Source: Candidatus Bathyarchaeota archaeon (GTDB lineage Archaea > Thermoproteota > Bathyarchaeia > Bathyarchaeales > Bathycorpusculaceae). From it: 64,000 nucleotides of DNA. The notes below the pieces were generated by a model. That model was not told the DNA's origin. It saw only the letters and a program-made list of their open reading frames with translations, and searched no databases. The position numbers and the translations under genes are program-made. The stretch lies in NCBI GenBank assembly GCA_963775685.1, contig CAVZJV010000014.1, forward strand, positions 1,760,001-1,824,000. Direction: 5' to 3'. Of this stretch, positions 10,827 through 21,002 are shown piece after piece; within the stretch, counting starts at the first letter, position 1, and each line of letters starts with the position of its first letter.

Positions 10827-11777
10827 ATGGCAAATATCGACAACCAAAAAAACACAGAAGAATGCAACGAAGAATGCGAATTATGCACTACCTCAAACCA
10901 ATGCAACGACCCCAAAAAAGAAGAACACGAAAAAGAGCAAAAAATAAAACAGCAACTCAAAAAAATCAAATATAAAATTGCTGTCATAAGCGGAAAAGGC
11001 GGAGTAGGCAAAAGCACCGTAACAGCCAATCTAGCTATCTCATTCGCAATGCAAGGACACAAAGAAAAAGTTGGGGTTCTTGATGCAGACATTCATGGTC
11101 CATGTATTCCAAAAATGCTAGGCCTTAAAGGGCAGACGCTTATAGGCGAGCCAGGTGGAATGCTTTTTCCAGTTACTGGCAAACTGGGAATAAAAGTTGT
11201 GTCAATGGATTTTTTGCTTAAGAATGATGAAGCACCAGTTATTTGGCGCGGTCCATTAAAAATGAAAATTATTCAACAATTTTTATCTGACGTAACGTGG
11301 GGAGACCTTGACTATTTGCTAGTGGACCTTCCGCCTGGAACTGGCGATGAACCGCTAAGTGTCATGCCGCTTATACCGGACATGGATGGAGTTGTTATAG
11401 TGACGATGCCTTCAGAAGTTTCAGAAGCTGTTGTTAAGAAATCTGTTACGTTCGCTAAGCAAGTTGGCATTCCCGTAATTGGCATAATTGAGAACATGAG
11501 TGGTTTTATTTGCCCTGAGTGCGGAGCCAAAATTGATGTTTTCAAAGCGGGTGGTGGAAAAAGAATAGCCGATGATATGAGCATTCCTTATCTGGGTTCT
11601 ATACCTTTAGATCCTAAGATTTGTAATGACTCTGACGACGGGCTGTCTTTTATAGTTGAAAATAAAACTTCGCCTGCAACTAAAGTGTTCCTGGAAATTG
11701 TCAAGAAGATTGATCAATTCTTAGAAAATACGGATCCTCATAATCATAAGGAGATAAAAAATGAAAATATGTGTTAG
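10827..11777 (+). CDS. Mrp/NBP35 Fe-S cluster carrier ATPase
   Basis: N-terminal CxxxCxxC, SGKGGVGKS, DADIHGP, WRGP, DLPPGTGD, ENMSGFICPEC. Confidence 0.92.
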   Translation: MANIDNQKNTEECNEECELCTTSNQCNDPKKEEHEKEQKIKQQLKKIKYKIAVISGKGGVGKSTVTANLAISFAMQGHKEKVGVLDADIHGPCIPKMLGLKGQTLIGEPGGMLFPVTGKLGIKVVSMDFLLKNDEAPVIWRGPLKMKIIQQFLSDVTWGDLDYLLVDLPPGTGDEPLSVMPLIPDMDGVVIVTMPSEVSEAVVKKSVTFAKQVGIPVIGIIENMSGFICPECGAKIDVFKAGGGKRIADDMSIPYLGSIPLDPKICNDSDDGLSFIVENKTSPATKVFLEIVKKIDQFLENTDPHNHKEIKNENMC

Positions 11778-12147
11778 TGCAACAGGCAGCAATTTGGAAG
11801 CGCAGTTAGACCCTCGCTTTGGCAGATGCCTATACCTTGTAGTTGTGGATTCTGAAACAATGCAGTTTGAAGCTATTCCAAACATGGCAGCGGGCGCAAC
11901 TGGCGGTGCAGGAATTCAAGCGGCTCAAGTCATAGCCGACAAGGGTGTCAAGGTGGTTATAACCGGAAATGTTGGACCTAACGCCTTCGGGGCGTTATCA
12001 GCTGCTGGCATAGAAATTGTGACCGGAGCCTCTGGGGTCGTCAAAGAAGTCGTCGAGAAGTTCAAGAAAGGCGAGTTAGGAAAAACTGGCGCGCCTACCG
12101 TGGGTGGTCATTTCGGAATGGGTCGAGGGCGAGGCGGAGGAAGATGA
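11761..12147 (+). CDS. NifB/NifX-family (orange-protein-like) cofactor-binding protein with Gly/Arg tail
   Basis: DPRFGRC, GAGIQAAQ, GNVGPNA, C-terminal GMGRGRGGGR. Confidence 0.88.
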   Translation: MKICVSATGSNLEAQLDPRFGRCLYLVVVDSETMQFEAIPNMAAGATGGAGIQAAQVIADKGVKVVITGNVGPNAFGALSAAGIEIVTGASGVVKEVVEKFKKGELGKTGAPTVGGHFGMGRGRGGGR

Positions 12148-12224
12148 ACATAAACAAATTGAACGTAGTTCGACCAAGCAAACTAGGAACATCCTTCAAG
12201 CTAACAGAAGTGGAGGTGAGGTAA

Positions 12225-12617
12225 TTGACAGATAGAATAGTAATCCCTTCAGAAGATCAAAATGGCTTGAACGCAAGTTTAGCAGAGCATTTTGGAAGAG
12301 CTCCATACTATACCGTTGTTGACTTTGACGAGAAAGGTGAAGTTTTAAACGTTAAGTCTGTTCCAAACGTTAGCGAGCATGCAGGTGGAGCAGGTGTTGC
12401 ACCAGACCACATCTTGGAGCTGAAACCGACTGCCGTAATTGTCCACGATATGGGGTTTAAAGCTATTGATATTTTTAAGAACGCAGGAGTGGCAGTGCTA
12501 AGATCCAACGCAGACACGGTTGACAAAGTGGTTGCCGCCTATAAAGACGACAAGCTCCAAGAGCTTACAGAAGGTTGTGGGCATGAACAACATGAACATC
12601 AGGAGCATCACCATTAA
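12225..12617 (+). CDS. NifB/NifX-family protein with His-rich tail
   Basis: HFGRAPYY motif; tail CGHEQHEHQEHHH; SD GGAGGTGA upstream. Confidence 0.85.
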   Translation: MTDRIVIPSEDQNGLNASLAEHFGRAPYYTVVDFDEKGEVLNVKSVPNVSEHAGGAGVAPDHILELKPTAVIVHDMGFKAIDIFKNAGVAVLRSNADTVDKVVAAYKDDKLQELTEGCGHEQHEHQEHHH

Positions 12618-12686
12618 TGTGGAAATCAATGGTGATTATGAGGTTCTGAAGGTGGAAAAACGTCAAGGAAACTATCAGAAGAAGAA

Positions 12687-13088
12687 TTGAAACTGATGAT
12701 GGAGTCAGGGTACTCTAAAAAAGCAATCGATCTGTATGTGAACAATGTTAACGTTGGCACATTAGAGAACGCTAGTGTCGTCACCACTTTTCTTGGTCCA
12801 TGCGGCGACCTCATAAAACTGTATTTACAAATTGGCAAAAAAGACAAAATTGAAGATGCTAAGTTCTATTATTTAGGCTGTCCTGGTTCAGCTGCTTCAG
12901 CGTCTGCGATGACTGTGCTATTGAAAGGCAAGACTGTTAATCAGGCAAAGAACATGACAGAAAGCGACATATTGAATGAGCTTGGTGGTTTACCAAAATT
13001 AAAGTCTGACTGTGCAAAGCTATCCATAAAGACCCTGCGAAAAGCTATTGTTGAATACGAGAAACAAAAAGGTCGCTCAGAAATATAG
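12687..13088 (+). CDS. IscU/NifU-N-like Fe-S scaffold protein (true start may be ACG at 12660)
   Basis: GPCGD, GCPGSAASAS and a third Cys (SDCA). Confidence 0.85.
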   Translation: MKLMMESGYSKKAIDLYVNNVNVGTLENASVVTTFLGPCGDLIKLYLQIGKKDKIEDAKFYYLGCPGSAASASAMTVLLKGKTVNQAKNMTESDILNELGGLPKLKSDCAKLSIKTLRKAIVEYEKQKGRSEI

Positions 13089-13132
13089 TTAATTTCCCAT
13101 TTTTTCTTAATTACATTCAGGCGGATAAATAA

Positions 13133-13969
13133 ATGATTATGTCTGTTGCTAGTGGAAAGGGTGGAACGGGAAAAACATCAGTTGCTGTGAACTTAGCTCT
13201 TTCAGTAGGCAATGTCCAACTTCTAGACTGTGACGTTGAAGAGCCGAACGCATATCTGCTCTTACACCCTGAAATCAATAAAAAAGAACCAGTCTACACC
13301 TTAATCCCGAAGGTAGATAGAGAACTTTGTAACACTTGTGGCGAATGCACAAAATTCTGTCAGTTCAATGCTATATTTGTAGCCTCCGAGAAAATTCTTA
13401 TTTTCCCAGATCTTTGCCATAGCTGCGGTGGATGCTCTATGGTTTGCCCCAAAAAGGCAATTACTTGGGAAAAGCACAAAATCGGTACGCTGAATTTTGG
13501 CGCAACTGACGGGGTAGCTCTTGTTTATGGGGAGCTTGAAGTAGGCAAGCCTATGGCTGTTCCAGTCATAAAAGCTGTTAAAAAACAGATTAAAGAGGGA
13601 AAAAATGTGGTTCTTGATTCTCCGCCTGGAACCTCATGCCCATTTGTGGAAACTGTTAGAGGCAGTGACTTCTGTATTTTAGTGACTGAACCTACTCCTT
13701 TTGGTTTGCATGACTTGAAGATAGCAGTTGAGGTTTTGCGAAAAGTGGGGGTTCCTTTTGGCGTAGTTATTAACCGCACCGGCATAGGTGACAAAAAAGT
13801 GTATGATTACTGTGGAAAAGAGAACATCCTTATTCTTTTGGAAATTCCTTATGAAAGAAGAATAGCTGAACTCTACTCTAAAGGGGTTCCATTTAGCTTG
13901 GAAATGCCTGAATGGGCAGAAAAATTTCAAACACTCTACAATGAAGTCGAGGAGTTGATCAGAGAATGA
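13133..13969 (+). CDS. MinD/ParA-family P-loop ATPase with inserted 2x[4Fe-4S] domain
   Basis: SGKGGTGKT, DCDVEEPN, CxxCxxCxxxC twice, DSPPGTSCP, TEPTPFGLHDL. Confidence 0.9.
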   Translation: MIMSVASGKGGTGKTSVAVNLALSVGNVQLLDCDVEEPNAYLLLHPEINKKEPVYTLIPKVDRELCNTCGECTKFCQFNAIFVASEKILIFPDLCHSCGGCSMVCPKKAITWEKHKIGTLNFGATDGVALVYGELEVGKPMAVPVIKAVKKQIKEGKNVVLDSPPGTSCPFVETVRGSDFCILVTEPTPFGLHDLKIAVEVLRKVGVPFGVVINRTGIGDKKVYDYCGKENILILLEIPYERRIAELYSKGVPFSLEMPEWAEKFQTLYNEVEELIRE

Positions 13970-14849
13970 AGCAGTTAACAATTTTAAGTGGAAAGGGTGG
14001 TACAGGCAAAACATCGATAACTGCTTCTTTTTCAGTTCTAGCGAAAAACGCCGTGGTTGCAGACTGCGATGTTGATGCGCCTGACCTACACATGTTATTG
14101 CACCCTGAAATAAAAAAAGAGCAGGAGTTCATAGGCTCAAAATTAGCGGTTATTGACAAAACAAAATGTATCAAATGTGGTTCGTGCCAAGAAAAATGCA
14201 ATTTTCGGCGCAATAAACAGCGATTTAGAAATTGTCGCTATTTCATGTGAGGGATGTGGTGTCTGCAAAGTCGCTTGCCCAGTTGAAGCCATAACTTTGG
14301 CGCATAGAGTTTCAGGGAAAGCCTTTATTTCAAAGACTAAATACGGTTCAATGTCACATGCCCTGCTTAATCCGGGTGAATCCAATTCAGGAAAACTCGT
14401 AACTTTGGTTCGGCAAAACGCTAAAATATTAGCTGAAAAAGAAAAACATGACCTAATAATTATCGACGGCTCGCCTGGAATCGGTTGCCCTGTAATAGCG
14501 TCTATTACAGGAGTAGATGCAGCATTAGTGATTACAGAGCCGACAATGTCAGGAATCCATGACCTTGAAAGAGTCTTAAAATTGCTGGATCACTTCAATG
14601 TCTTTGGGTTTGTTTGCATAAATATGTATGACATAAATGTAGGCAATACAAAAAAGATTTTGAGCTTCTGCAAAGAAAACAAAACAGAAGTTGTTGGCAT
14701 GCATTCCCTTTAGCCCTGAAGTTACTCAGGCAATGGTTAATGGGAAAACAATTGTTGAGTACGCTCCTAAGAGTGGGGTATCGGAAGAAATAAAGAACAT
14801 GTGGAACAAAATGAGTCAATTTTTAAGTGTTGAAAACTATGATACCTAA
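13966..14849 (+). CDS. Second MinD-family ATPase with 4Fe-4S domain; two apparent +1 indels (~14203, ~14700)
   Basis: SGKGGTGKT, DCDVDAPD, CEGCGVC, DGSPGIGCP, TEPTMSGIHDL; frames rejoin to TAA at 14849; ATGA overlap with the previous gene. Confidence 0.85.
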
Positions 14850-15377
14850 ATTTTTTTTCTGACAAAGGGTGTCGGCAAACACAGAGACCAGTTGCAGTCT
14901 TTTGAGCTTGCGTTAAGAGATGCGGGCATCCAGTATTGCAACCTTGTGAATGTTTCAAGCATAGTCCCTCCAGGATGCAAATTGATTTCACGAGAGCAGG
15001 GCTTAAAGATGTTGCAGCCGGGAGAAATTACCTACGTGGTCCAAGCCAGAAATTCGACTAAGGAACCACACAGATTGCTTGCATCGTCAATAGGTATTGC
15101 CATCCCATCAGGCAAAAATCAGTACGGTTACTTGTCTGAACACCATTCCTTTGGACAAACTGATGAAACCGCCGGCGACTACGCAGAAGATCTCGCTGCA
15201 ACCATGCTTGCAACAACCATGGGCATCCAATTTGACCCCGAAACCGCATGGGACGAACGCAAACAACTTTTCAAAACCACAGGGCTCATCATAAAAACAG
15301 CCAACATAACGCAGTCAGCTACTGGAGACAAGAATGGTTTGTGGACAACAACTGTGGCAACCGCTGTTTTTGTTTGA
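14839..15377 (+). CDS. pdaD: Pyruvoyl-dependent arginine decarboxylase; T8 run at 14851-14858 is one base short
   Basis: [13 protein letters not shown] start when corrected, [22 protein letters not shown] self-cleavage site, [16 protein letters not shown]. Confidence 0.88.
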
Positions 15378-15418
15378 ATCGAAAAAAGTAGAGAAAATAG
15401 TTGTATTCCAATGGAGTT

Positions 15419-15640
15419 TCATTGAATTGCTGTTTCGCCTGTTTTGGAGAGAATATACTTGTCGTTTGCTTCCTCCACTAACCCAGAATTCTTGAGTTCC
15501 CTCAAACCGCTTCTCACCTTAAACAGAGGCTGCCCAGTCTTAGAGGCTACTTCTTCAGCAGACAAGGACCCATCCTTTAACGATTTCAGCGTTGTCAAAC
15601 CAGTTGAAGTGGGTTTTCCATCAGGAGATACACAGGGCAT
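15419..15640 (-). CDS. Small winged-helix protein (MPCVSPDG...) downstream of peroxiredoxin
   Basis: HTH-like SAEEVASKTGQPLFKVRSGLREL; 6 bp after the Prx stop. Confidence 0.7.
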   Translation of the reverse strand: MPCVSPDGKPTSTGLTTLKSLKDGSLSAEEVASKTGQPLFKVRSGLRELKNSGLVEEANDKYILSKTGETAIQ

Positions 15641-15646
15641 AACGCT

Positions 15647-16309
15647 TCAGCTCTCAGGAAGCTTCTTCCTACAAAGATACCAGTCTTTGCACTCGTAGCC
15701 TTCTTGTCTTAGCCTCTCTTCAGCCCCTTCGGTAGTAGTGGGTGCTGGAACAACAACTGGGTCACCCGGATTCCAGTTTGCTGGAGTTGCAACTTTGTAC
15801 TTATCGGCTGTCTGCAGTGCATCAACTAACCTGATAATTTCCTGCATATTTCTGCCAGTGGTCATTGGATAGTAAAGCATAGCTCTTATCTTGCTCTCTG
15901 GATCAATAATAAAAACGCACCGGACTGTTTCCGTCTTGCTTTGTTCTGGATGGATCATTCCATACTTCTTGGCAACTTCCTTATTCAAATCGGCAATGAT
16001 GGGAAAAGGTATTTTGACACCCATTTTTTCCTCACAGTTTCTTATCCAAGCAATATGGGAAGAAACGCTATCGACGCTTAAACCCAAGAGTTCAACATTT
16101 CGACTCTTTAGTTCATCGTATATTTCGGAGAAAGCCATGAATTCTGTTGTGCAAACGGGTGTAAAATCTGCTGGATGCGAAAAAAGAATCAGCCACGTAC
16201 CTTTGTAGTCTGATAAGCGTAACGTCCCTTGAGTTGTGGGTGCTTCAAAATCTGGCGCTTTTTGACCTAATACTGGGAAACAAGTTTGCTCTGTTTGAAC
16301 TTCAGTCAT
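15647..16309 (-). CDS. Peroxiredoxin (Prx6/archaeal type)
   Basis: FSHPADFTPVCTTE, YYPMTTGRN, TPANW, C-terminal CKDWYLC. Confidence 0.93.
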   Translation of the reverse strand: MTEVQTEQTCFPVLGQKAPDFEAPTTQGTLRLSDYKGTWLILFSHPADFTPVCTTEFMAFSEIYDELKSRNVELLGLSVDSVSSHIAWIRNCEEKMGVKIPFPIIADLNKEVAKKYGMIHPEQSKTETVRCVFIIDPESKIRAMLYYPMTTGRNMQEIIRLVDALQTADKYKVATPANWNPGDPVVVPAPTTTEGAEERLRQEGYECKDWYLCRKKLPES

Positions 16310-16350
16310 TTATTTTCACCTTCAACAAATATAATCATCAAGTGACAATA

Positions 16351-16396
16351 ATATAATAAACAAACAATACTAATACTTGTCGTTTATAAAATAAAC
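16351..16396. promoter_or_regulatory. GTTTA-N5-TAAAC operator (16382) with a weak partner at 16351, upstream of peroxiredoxin
   Basis: CGTTTAtaaaaTAAACG palindrome; degenerate ATATAataaaCAAAC 31 bp closer to the gene. Confidence 0.6.
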
Positions 16397-16700
16397 GAAT
16401 TATACAAATAAAACAAAGATCGAGCATCGCGAATGTTTCAGCAAAGAGACTGGAAGCAGTTGAAGGTTCTCAGATAATCGAACCTCAAACCGTTTTTTCC
16501 TACAGCAGTCTTTTTTCCGAGTGCTCGCGCGCCCAATATGAGTTAAATATTGCTTTCATTGTAGCGGGATTAAATTGAACAATATTTTGTTGATATGCGC
16601 CAGGAGCGTGAAAGGAGCACAATTTTATTCTTCTAAAACGCCGCCTGGAAGAAAAAATTCGTTTACTCTCATTAAAAACAAAAGTATGTTAAGCTCTCTC

Positions 16701-16937
16701 TCATGTTTGCTCGATTTTTTGGATAACCAGTGCCTTCTCAGGACATCTTTCCACGAGCTTCTTAACGTAATTCAAGTTCTCTGAAAACTCTCCCATAATC
16801 GAGCATTCCTTTGAAGACTTGTTTGAACTTGGCTTTAGCTCACGCGCCAAGAGTTGTGCATGGATTGGGCAGCGACCGATCGATATACCGCAGTCGAGGC
16901 ATCTATCTCTGTTTACGATTACTCTGTACTTAGTCAT
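16701..16937 (-). CDS. Small ferredoxin-like protein (degenerate Cys pattern)
   Basis: VNRDRCLDCGISIGRCP ... CPEKAL; SD GAGGTGA upstream. Confidence 0.65.
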   Translation of the reverse strand: MTKYRVIVNRDRCLDCGISIGRCPIHAQLLARELKPSSNKSSKECSIMGEFSENLNYVKKLVERCPEKALVIQKIEQT

Positions 16938-17262
16938 ATGGGCAACTCACCTCTTTTTATTCTATTCAAACCTGAATCTTGTTTGTTTTTTTGCCTACCC
17001 TTTGCTGTTTCGTTAAGTTCTTTAATGGTTTATTCTCTCTTTGAGCACTCATTTTGACGCTTGCAGCGATCTCTCTTGCAATGATTTGACACTCATTGAT
17101 AAATCACGCAGTTTTTATCTCTTTTTCCAAAATATGCAATTTTTTTTTCGATTAAATTGCAACGTTTGGTTAAGATTAATACCTACCGCTCGTAAGAGTC
17201 TATGCATAGTCTTCTTTTTAAACTTGCTTCCTGCTTTGCTTCAGTTGAAAAGCGGCAACATC

Positions 17263-17604
17263 TTATTTTGTTCCGTTCGCGTTTTGAACATTTTTGCTTG
17301 GAGTGGACGTAACTAAGTAAATTGGTCTTCCTTCACTTAGAGCTTGCGCTGTCTTTCTTCTTGCACTTTGAACAAGTCTCCAAATGGTTCCTCTCGAAAT
17401 GCTCATTCTTTGTCCTGCCTCTTCCTGTGACAAACCCTCCATATCCACAAGCCTGAAGGCTTCAACTTCCGCAAATTCAATGAAAAACGGTTCCAAATTC
17501 CATGATGGATTAGGGATAAAGCTGGTTATAGGCGGAATGATCCCTAAGGTAACGGGCTTTGGAAATCGCCCTCTTCCACCGCAGCGATGCCTTCCTCGCC
17601 ACAT
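17263..17604 (-). CDS. DUF134-family predicted DNA-binding protein
   Basis: EVEAFRLVDMEGLSQEEAGQRMSISRGTIWRLVQSARRK; ATG 17604 with SD GAAGGAG. Confidence 0.85.
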   Translation of the reverse strand: MWRGRHRCGGRGRFPKPVTLGIIPPITSFIPNPSWNLEPFFIEFAEVEAFRLVDMEGLSQEEAGQRMSISRGTIWRLVQSARRKTAQALSEGRPIYLVTSTPSKNVQNANGTK

Positions 17605-17642
17605 AACAGGTTCTCTCCTTCTCGAGATTATTTGTCTTTTAC

Positions 17643-17801
17643 TCAGCACGTTAATGGGTTGTCTGTCTGCTCGAGAACCCACTCAAATGCTTGCTTCGAT
17701 GCTTTTTTAGCGATGATTTCAAACTCGGTGAATGGACCGGCGTTTAACATCTCATCTTCAAGGAGCTCTAAACAGTTTCTGATTTCTTGCTCTCTTTTCA
17801 T
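17643..17801 (-). CDS. 52-aa hypothetical protein (MKREQEIRNCLELLEDEML...AFEWVLEQTDNPLTC), absent from the ORF track
   Basis: Manual translation ATG 17801 to TGA 17643; helical, protein-like composition; precedes the DUF134 gene. Confidence 0.55.
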   Translation of the reverse strand: MKREQEIRNCLELLEDEMLNAGPFTEFEIIAKKASKQAFEWVLEQTDNPLTC

Positions 17802-17872
17802 GTTTGGCACTTTACACATTTTTTATGTTCTCTTCATTTAAACCGTATGTTGTGCAGAACTTTTATATATTT

Positions 17873-17912
17873 CTGTGCACTATCACACAATTGATTGTGT
17901 GCATAAACACAA
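17873..17912. promoter_or_regulatory. Two tandem inverted repeats YTGTGY-N6-ACACAA just downstream of a TATA box
   Basis: CTGTGCactatcACACAA (17873) and TTGTGTgcataaACACAA (17895), 22 bp apart; TTTTATATAT at 17861. Confidence 0.5.
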
Positions 17913-17940
17913 AAATAACCTGAAAGAAGTGAAATAAAAA

Positions 17941-18312
17941 ATGGGATATCGAAGAAGAGCATATTTTGATCAATGGCACGGTAGAGGTCCCTTCAGCAAC
18001 TTGCCACCATGGCAAAGACCCGGACGCATGTACGGCAGCAGAGGCTATGGTAGAGGATATGGCAGAGGCTGGGGCACTGATTCACGAGTATGTGCAAGAT
18101 TTCCGTCACTGCCGAGATGGTGGTGGGCAGACCCAACATATGCATATCAGCCTCCAACACCGAATCCAAAAGATGAAATAGCAGCGCTAGAAGATTCCAA
18201 AAAGGAACTCGGAGAAGAGAAAACCAGCATAGAGCAAGAAATCAACGACATAGAAACGCAACTAAAAGAGTTAAAATCCAAGCTTGAACCAGAGAAAAAA
18301 CAATCAGAATGA
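17941..18312 (+). CDS. DUF5320-like Gly/Arg/aromatic-rich protein with C-terminal coiled coil
   Basis: GRGPFSNLPPWQRPG, GYGRGYGRGW repeats, heptad-rich C-terminus. Confidence 0.7.
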   Translation: MGYRRRAYFDQWHGRGPFSNLPPWQRPGRMYGSRGYGRGYGRGWGTDSRVCARFPSLPRWWWADPTYAYQPPTPNPKDEIAALEDSKKELGEEKTSIEQEINDIETQLKELKSKLEPEKKQSE

Positions 18313-18394
18313 CAGTAAGCATTGTCAACCATAGTTAGTCGACATATTTTCCAACATTTCAAGGCTGCAAAAAAATAATTGGAGGACAAAGAAA

Positions 18395-18694
18395 TTGTTG
18401 TCAAAAATTCCAATAAACTTTGAAAGAATAACGAAAGAAGATTTGGACAAAGAAATACTCAGAGTAGCAATCATAGCCGAGTTGGATGCAGTGAACCTTT
18501 ACGAGCAGATGGCAGCGTTAACCGAAAATAAACACATAAAGACTACACTACTGGAAATAGATAGGGAAGAAAAGACGCATGTTGGAGAATTCCAAGCGCT
18601 TCTGCTAGCAAATGATGAGCAGCAGGAAAAAGAATTGGCTGAAGGTAAAAGAGAAGTTGAAGAACTAACTGGTAAAATTGGTGCAAGGCGGTAA
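18395..18694 (+). CDS. Short ferritin-like protein (encapsulated-ferritin/rubrerythrin half-domain type)
   Basis: AIIAELDAVNLYEQ ... EEKTHVGEF di-iron motifs; SD GGAGG. Confidence 0.85.
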   Translation: MLSKIPINFERITKEDLDKEILRVAIIAELDAVNLYEQMAALTENKHIKTTLLEIDREEKTHVGEFQALLLANDEQQEKELAEGKREVEELTGKIGARR

Positions 18695-18842
18695 TTTCAA
18701 GCAGAATTCTCCCCTTTTTTAGATAACAATTAAGCTTCAATACTTGAAGTTATTAGATGTAGAGTTGTCATCTTAATAGAAATGGAAGTCTATTTAGACA
18801 GGTAAATACGCAGACACCATTGGAAATGGAGGCTTTTCAAAG

Positions 18843-20109
18843 ATGAACGAAAAAAGAGCACCTCTTAAAAAAGGAGAAGAAGCAGCGAAACTATCCACGA
18901 TTATTCTTTTAGCTCTCGGTATTTTGAAAGGAATCACTTCTATTGCAAGTGGTAGTGTTGCTCTCTTGGCGGGCACAATCGATTCTTTCTCGGATGTTTT
19001 CTCTTCAATAGCGGTGTGGGCTGGACTCAACATTGCAAAGAGAAAACCAACCGAAAGATTTCCCTACGGTTATTATAAGGCAGAAACTTTTGCGTTGTTA
19101 GCAGTGTCTTTGATAATCGTGACATCCAGCGTTTTTATTATGTTTGAGTCTTTTCAAAAGTTTTTTGAGGTCTACGTTATCTCATTTTCAGACTTAGCGC
19201 TTGCTGTATCAGCTGCATCAGCCATTATTTATTATTTGCTTGCTAAATACAAAGCGAGGGTGGGGCGCCAAGTTGGTTCGCAAGCTTTGATTAGCGAAGG
19301 CTTGCATTCTATGGTAGATGTTTATACTTCTCTGTTGGTTTTTGTCGGGGTTTTTTTGGCAGTGTTAGGGTATCCCGCAGGTGAGGCTCTAATTGGCTTC
19401 GTAATTGGTTTGTATGTACTGATAAGAGGATTAATGTATGGAAAAGATGCAGCACTGGTTTTGATGGATGTTTCGCCCAGTCCACAGAAAGTTGAGGAAA
19501 TGAAGGAAATAGCAGAGGCTGTTAATGGAGTTAGAGGAACCCATGATGTCAGGTTGCGAAAATCCGGACCAGTTTTCTTTGGTGAGTTGCACATTGAGTT
19601 GATAGAAGGGCTTTCCTTGGAAAGAGCACATGTGATTTCCTATGAGGTTGAAAGAAAAATCAAGCGACGTTTTGAAGATCTGGAGTTAGTTACAGTTCAT
19701 GTGGGAGTTGCGCATAGGAAAAAAAATCGATTGGCTATTCCAATAGTTGAAGACAAAGGTTTAGACTCATTAATTAGTTTTCATTTTGGAAGCGCACCTT
19801 ATTTTGCCTTTATAGATGTTGAAGAAGGGCAAATAGTGGGTTTCTATGTTAAGGCGAATGAAGGAGCAAAATTGTCTCACAAGAAGGGTATACAAGCTGC
19901 TAACCTCTTGATTGAAGAAAATGTTACTGCTGTGCTAGCGGGAGGTATCGGCGAAGGTCCATTCCACATACCTAGGAGATAATTTAATACAGATTTATTC
20001 TCTCTCCAAATCTATGAAAATAAACGAGGCTGTTAACCTCCTAAATACAGCCTTATTACAAAGAATGACGTCGCCGACTGAAGAGCACAGCGAGGATAAA
20101 ATTGAATGA
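18843..20109 (+). CDS. Cation diffusion facilitator transporter fused to a C-terminal NifB/NifX domain; +1 indel at 19971
   Basis: DSFSD, FPYGYYKAE, HSMVD CDF motifs, then HFGSAPYF and GIGEGP; removing one C from CCTAG extends the frame to TGA 20109. Confidence 0.87.
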
Positions 20110-20454
20110 CTCATCAATTCCTTTTTATCCCAAAGAAAGAAACAATTAATATTACTCTTCCGTAAATTGGCTGTTACTTTTTTCAATATCTGGTTTATGC
20201 AACCTATTCTTCCAATATTATTAATGTTAATATAGATCGCACATGATTTGCAGTTCTTATTTTTTGTATTACTACATCTTTTAATTTAGTGTGCTGTCTT
20301 GTCCCGATATTGGATGTTGAAGCAGGTTGCAGGTTCGCTATGATCCAAGGAATCATAATATTACAGGTTTATGAGGGGTTGTAGTTGGAAAGGTTACAGT
20401 CACACGTAGTTATATTATCGTGCGCGTTAATTCAACTGTAAGATACTATATTTT

Positions 20455-20745
20455 ATGGTACACTGTCATGATATGAAATTAGGTCAGGTTTATTTTTGTG
20501 AAGAATGTGGACTCGAACTAAAGGTTGAAAAGAGCTGCACTATAGATGGTAACCATCCACAAGGAGTATCTTGTACTGTTTGCACTCATGTCTGGTGCAA
20601 CAAAGATATGAAATTAAAAGAGGGTGCAAATGGTGAAGATATGTGTGAAGATGTTCCGAAGAAAGATGGTTCTGGAAGAGGTGTAGGGCAGTCTGGAAAA
20701 GGTTGCGAGGGTAATCCACGAAAGAGAAGAGGAAGGAATCTATAA
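20455..20745 (+). CDS. Small Cys-rich (desulforedoxin/Zn-ribbon-like) protein with a basic Gly-rich tail
   Basis: GQVYFCEECGLELKV ... CTVC...WCNKDMKLK. Confidence 0.55.
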   Translation: MVHCHDMKLGQVYFCEECGLELKVEKSCTIDGNHPQGVSCTVCTHVWCNKDMKLKEGANGEDMCEDVPKKDGSGRGVGQSGKGCEGNPRKRRGRNL

Positions 20746-21002
20746 AGCCCTACTGAAAGGCAAGAAAGGGATAGAACTGAATGATATGCCAAATCTCTTT
20801 GTCAGACACGCGATTTCAGTTGTGAAGGAAAAATGTTGAAGATTTCTGAACGGGCAAATTTTGACAGCAACATCATGGTTCAATTGTGCGGGTAGTCCCT
20901 CGAAAAGCTCCAAACCAAAAACCCAGCAACTCTGAATAACTTCCAATGAACTCATATGTTCCAAGCGGACTTCAAAATATTTACCTACTCAAACTCTTTG
21001 TT

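Noticed and set aside
14851-14862. Polyamine-regulated frameshift (TTT TTT TTC TGA) at the start of arginine decarboxylase
   Set aside because: An attractive analogy to antizyme, but a T8 homopolymer one base short is the commonest long-read error; cannot be supported without reads.
16443-16516. Long imperfect inverted repeat upstream of the Prx promoter
   Set aside because: Single copy, many mismatches, no target-site duplication; not enough to call a MITE or ncRNA.
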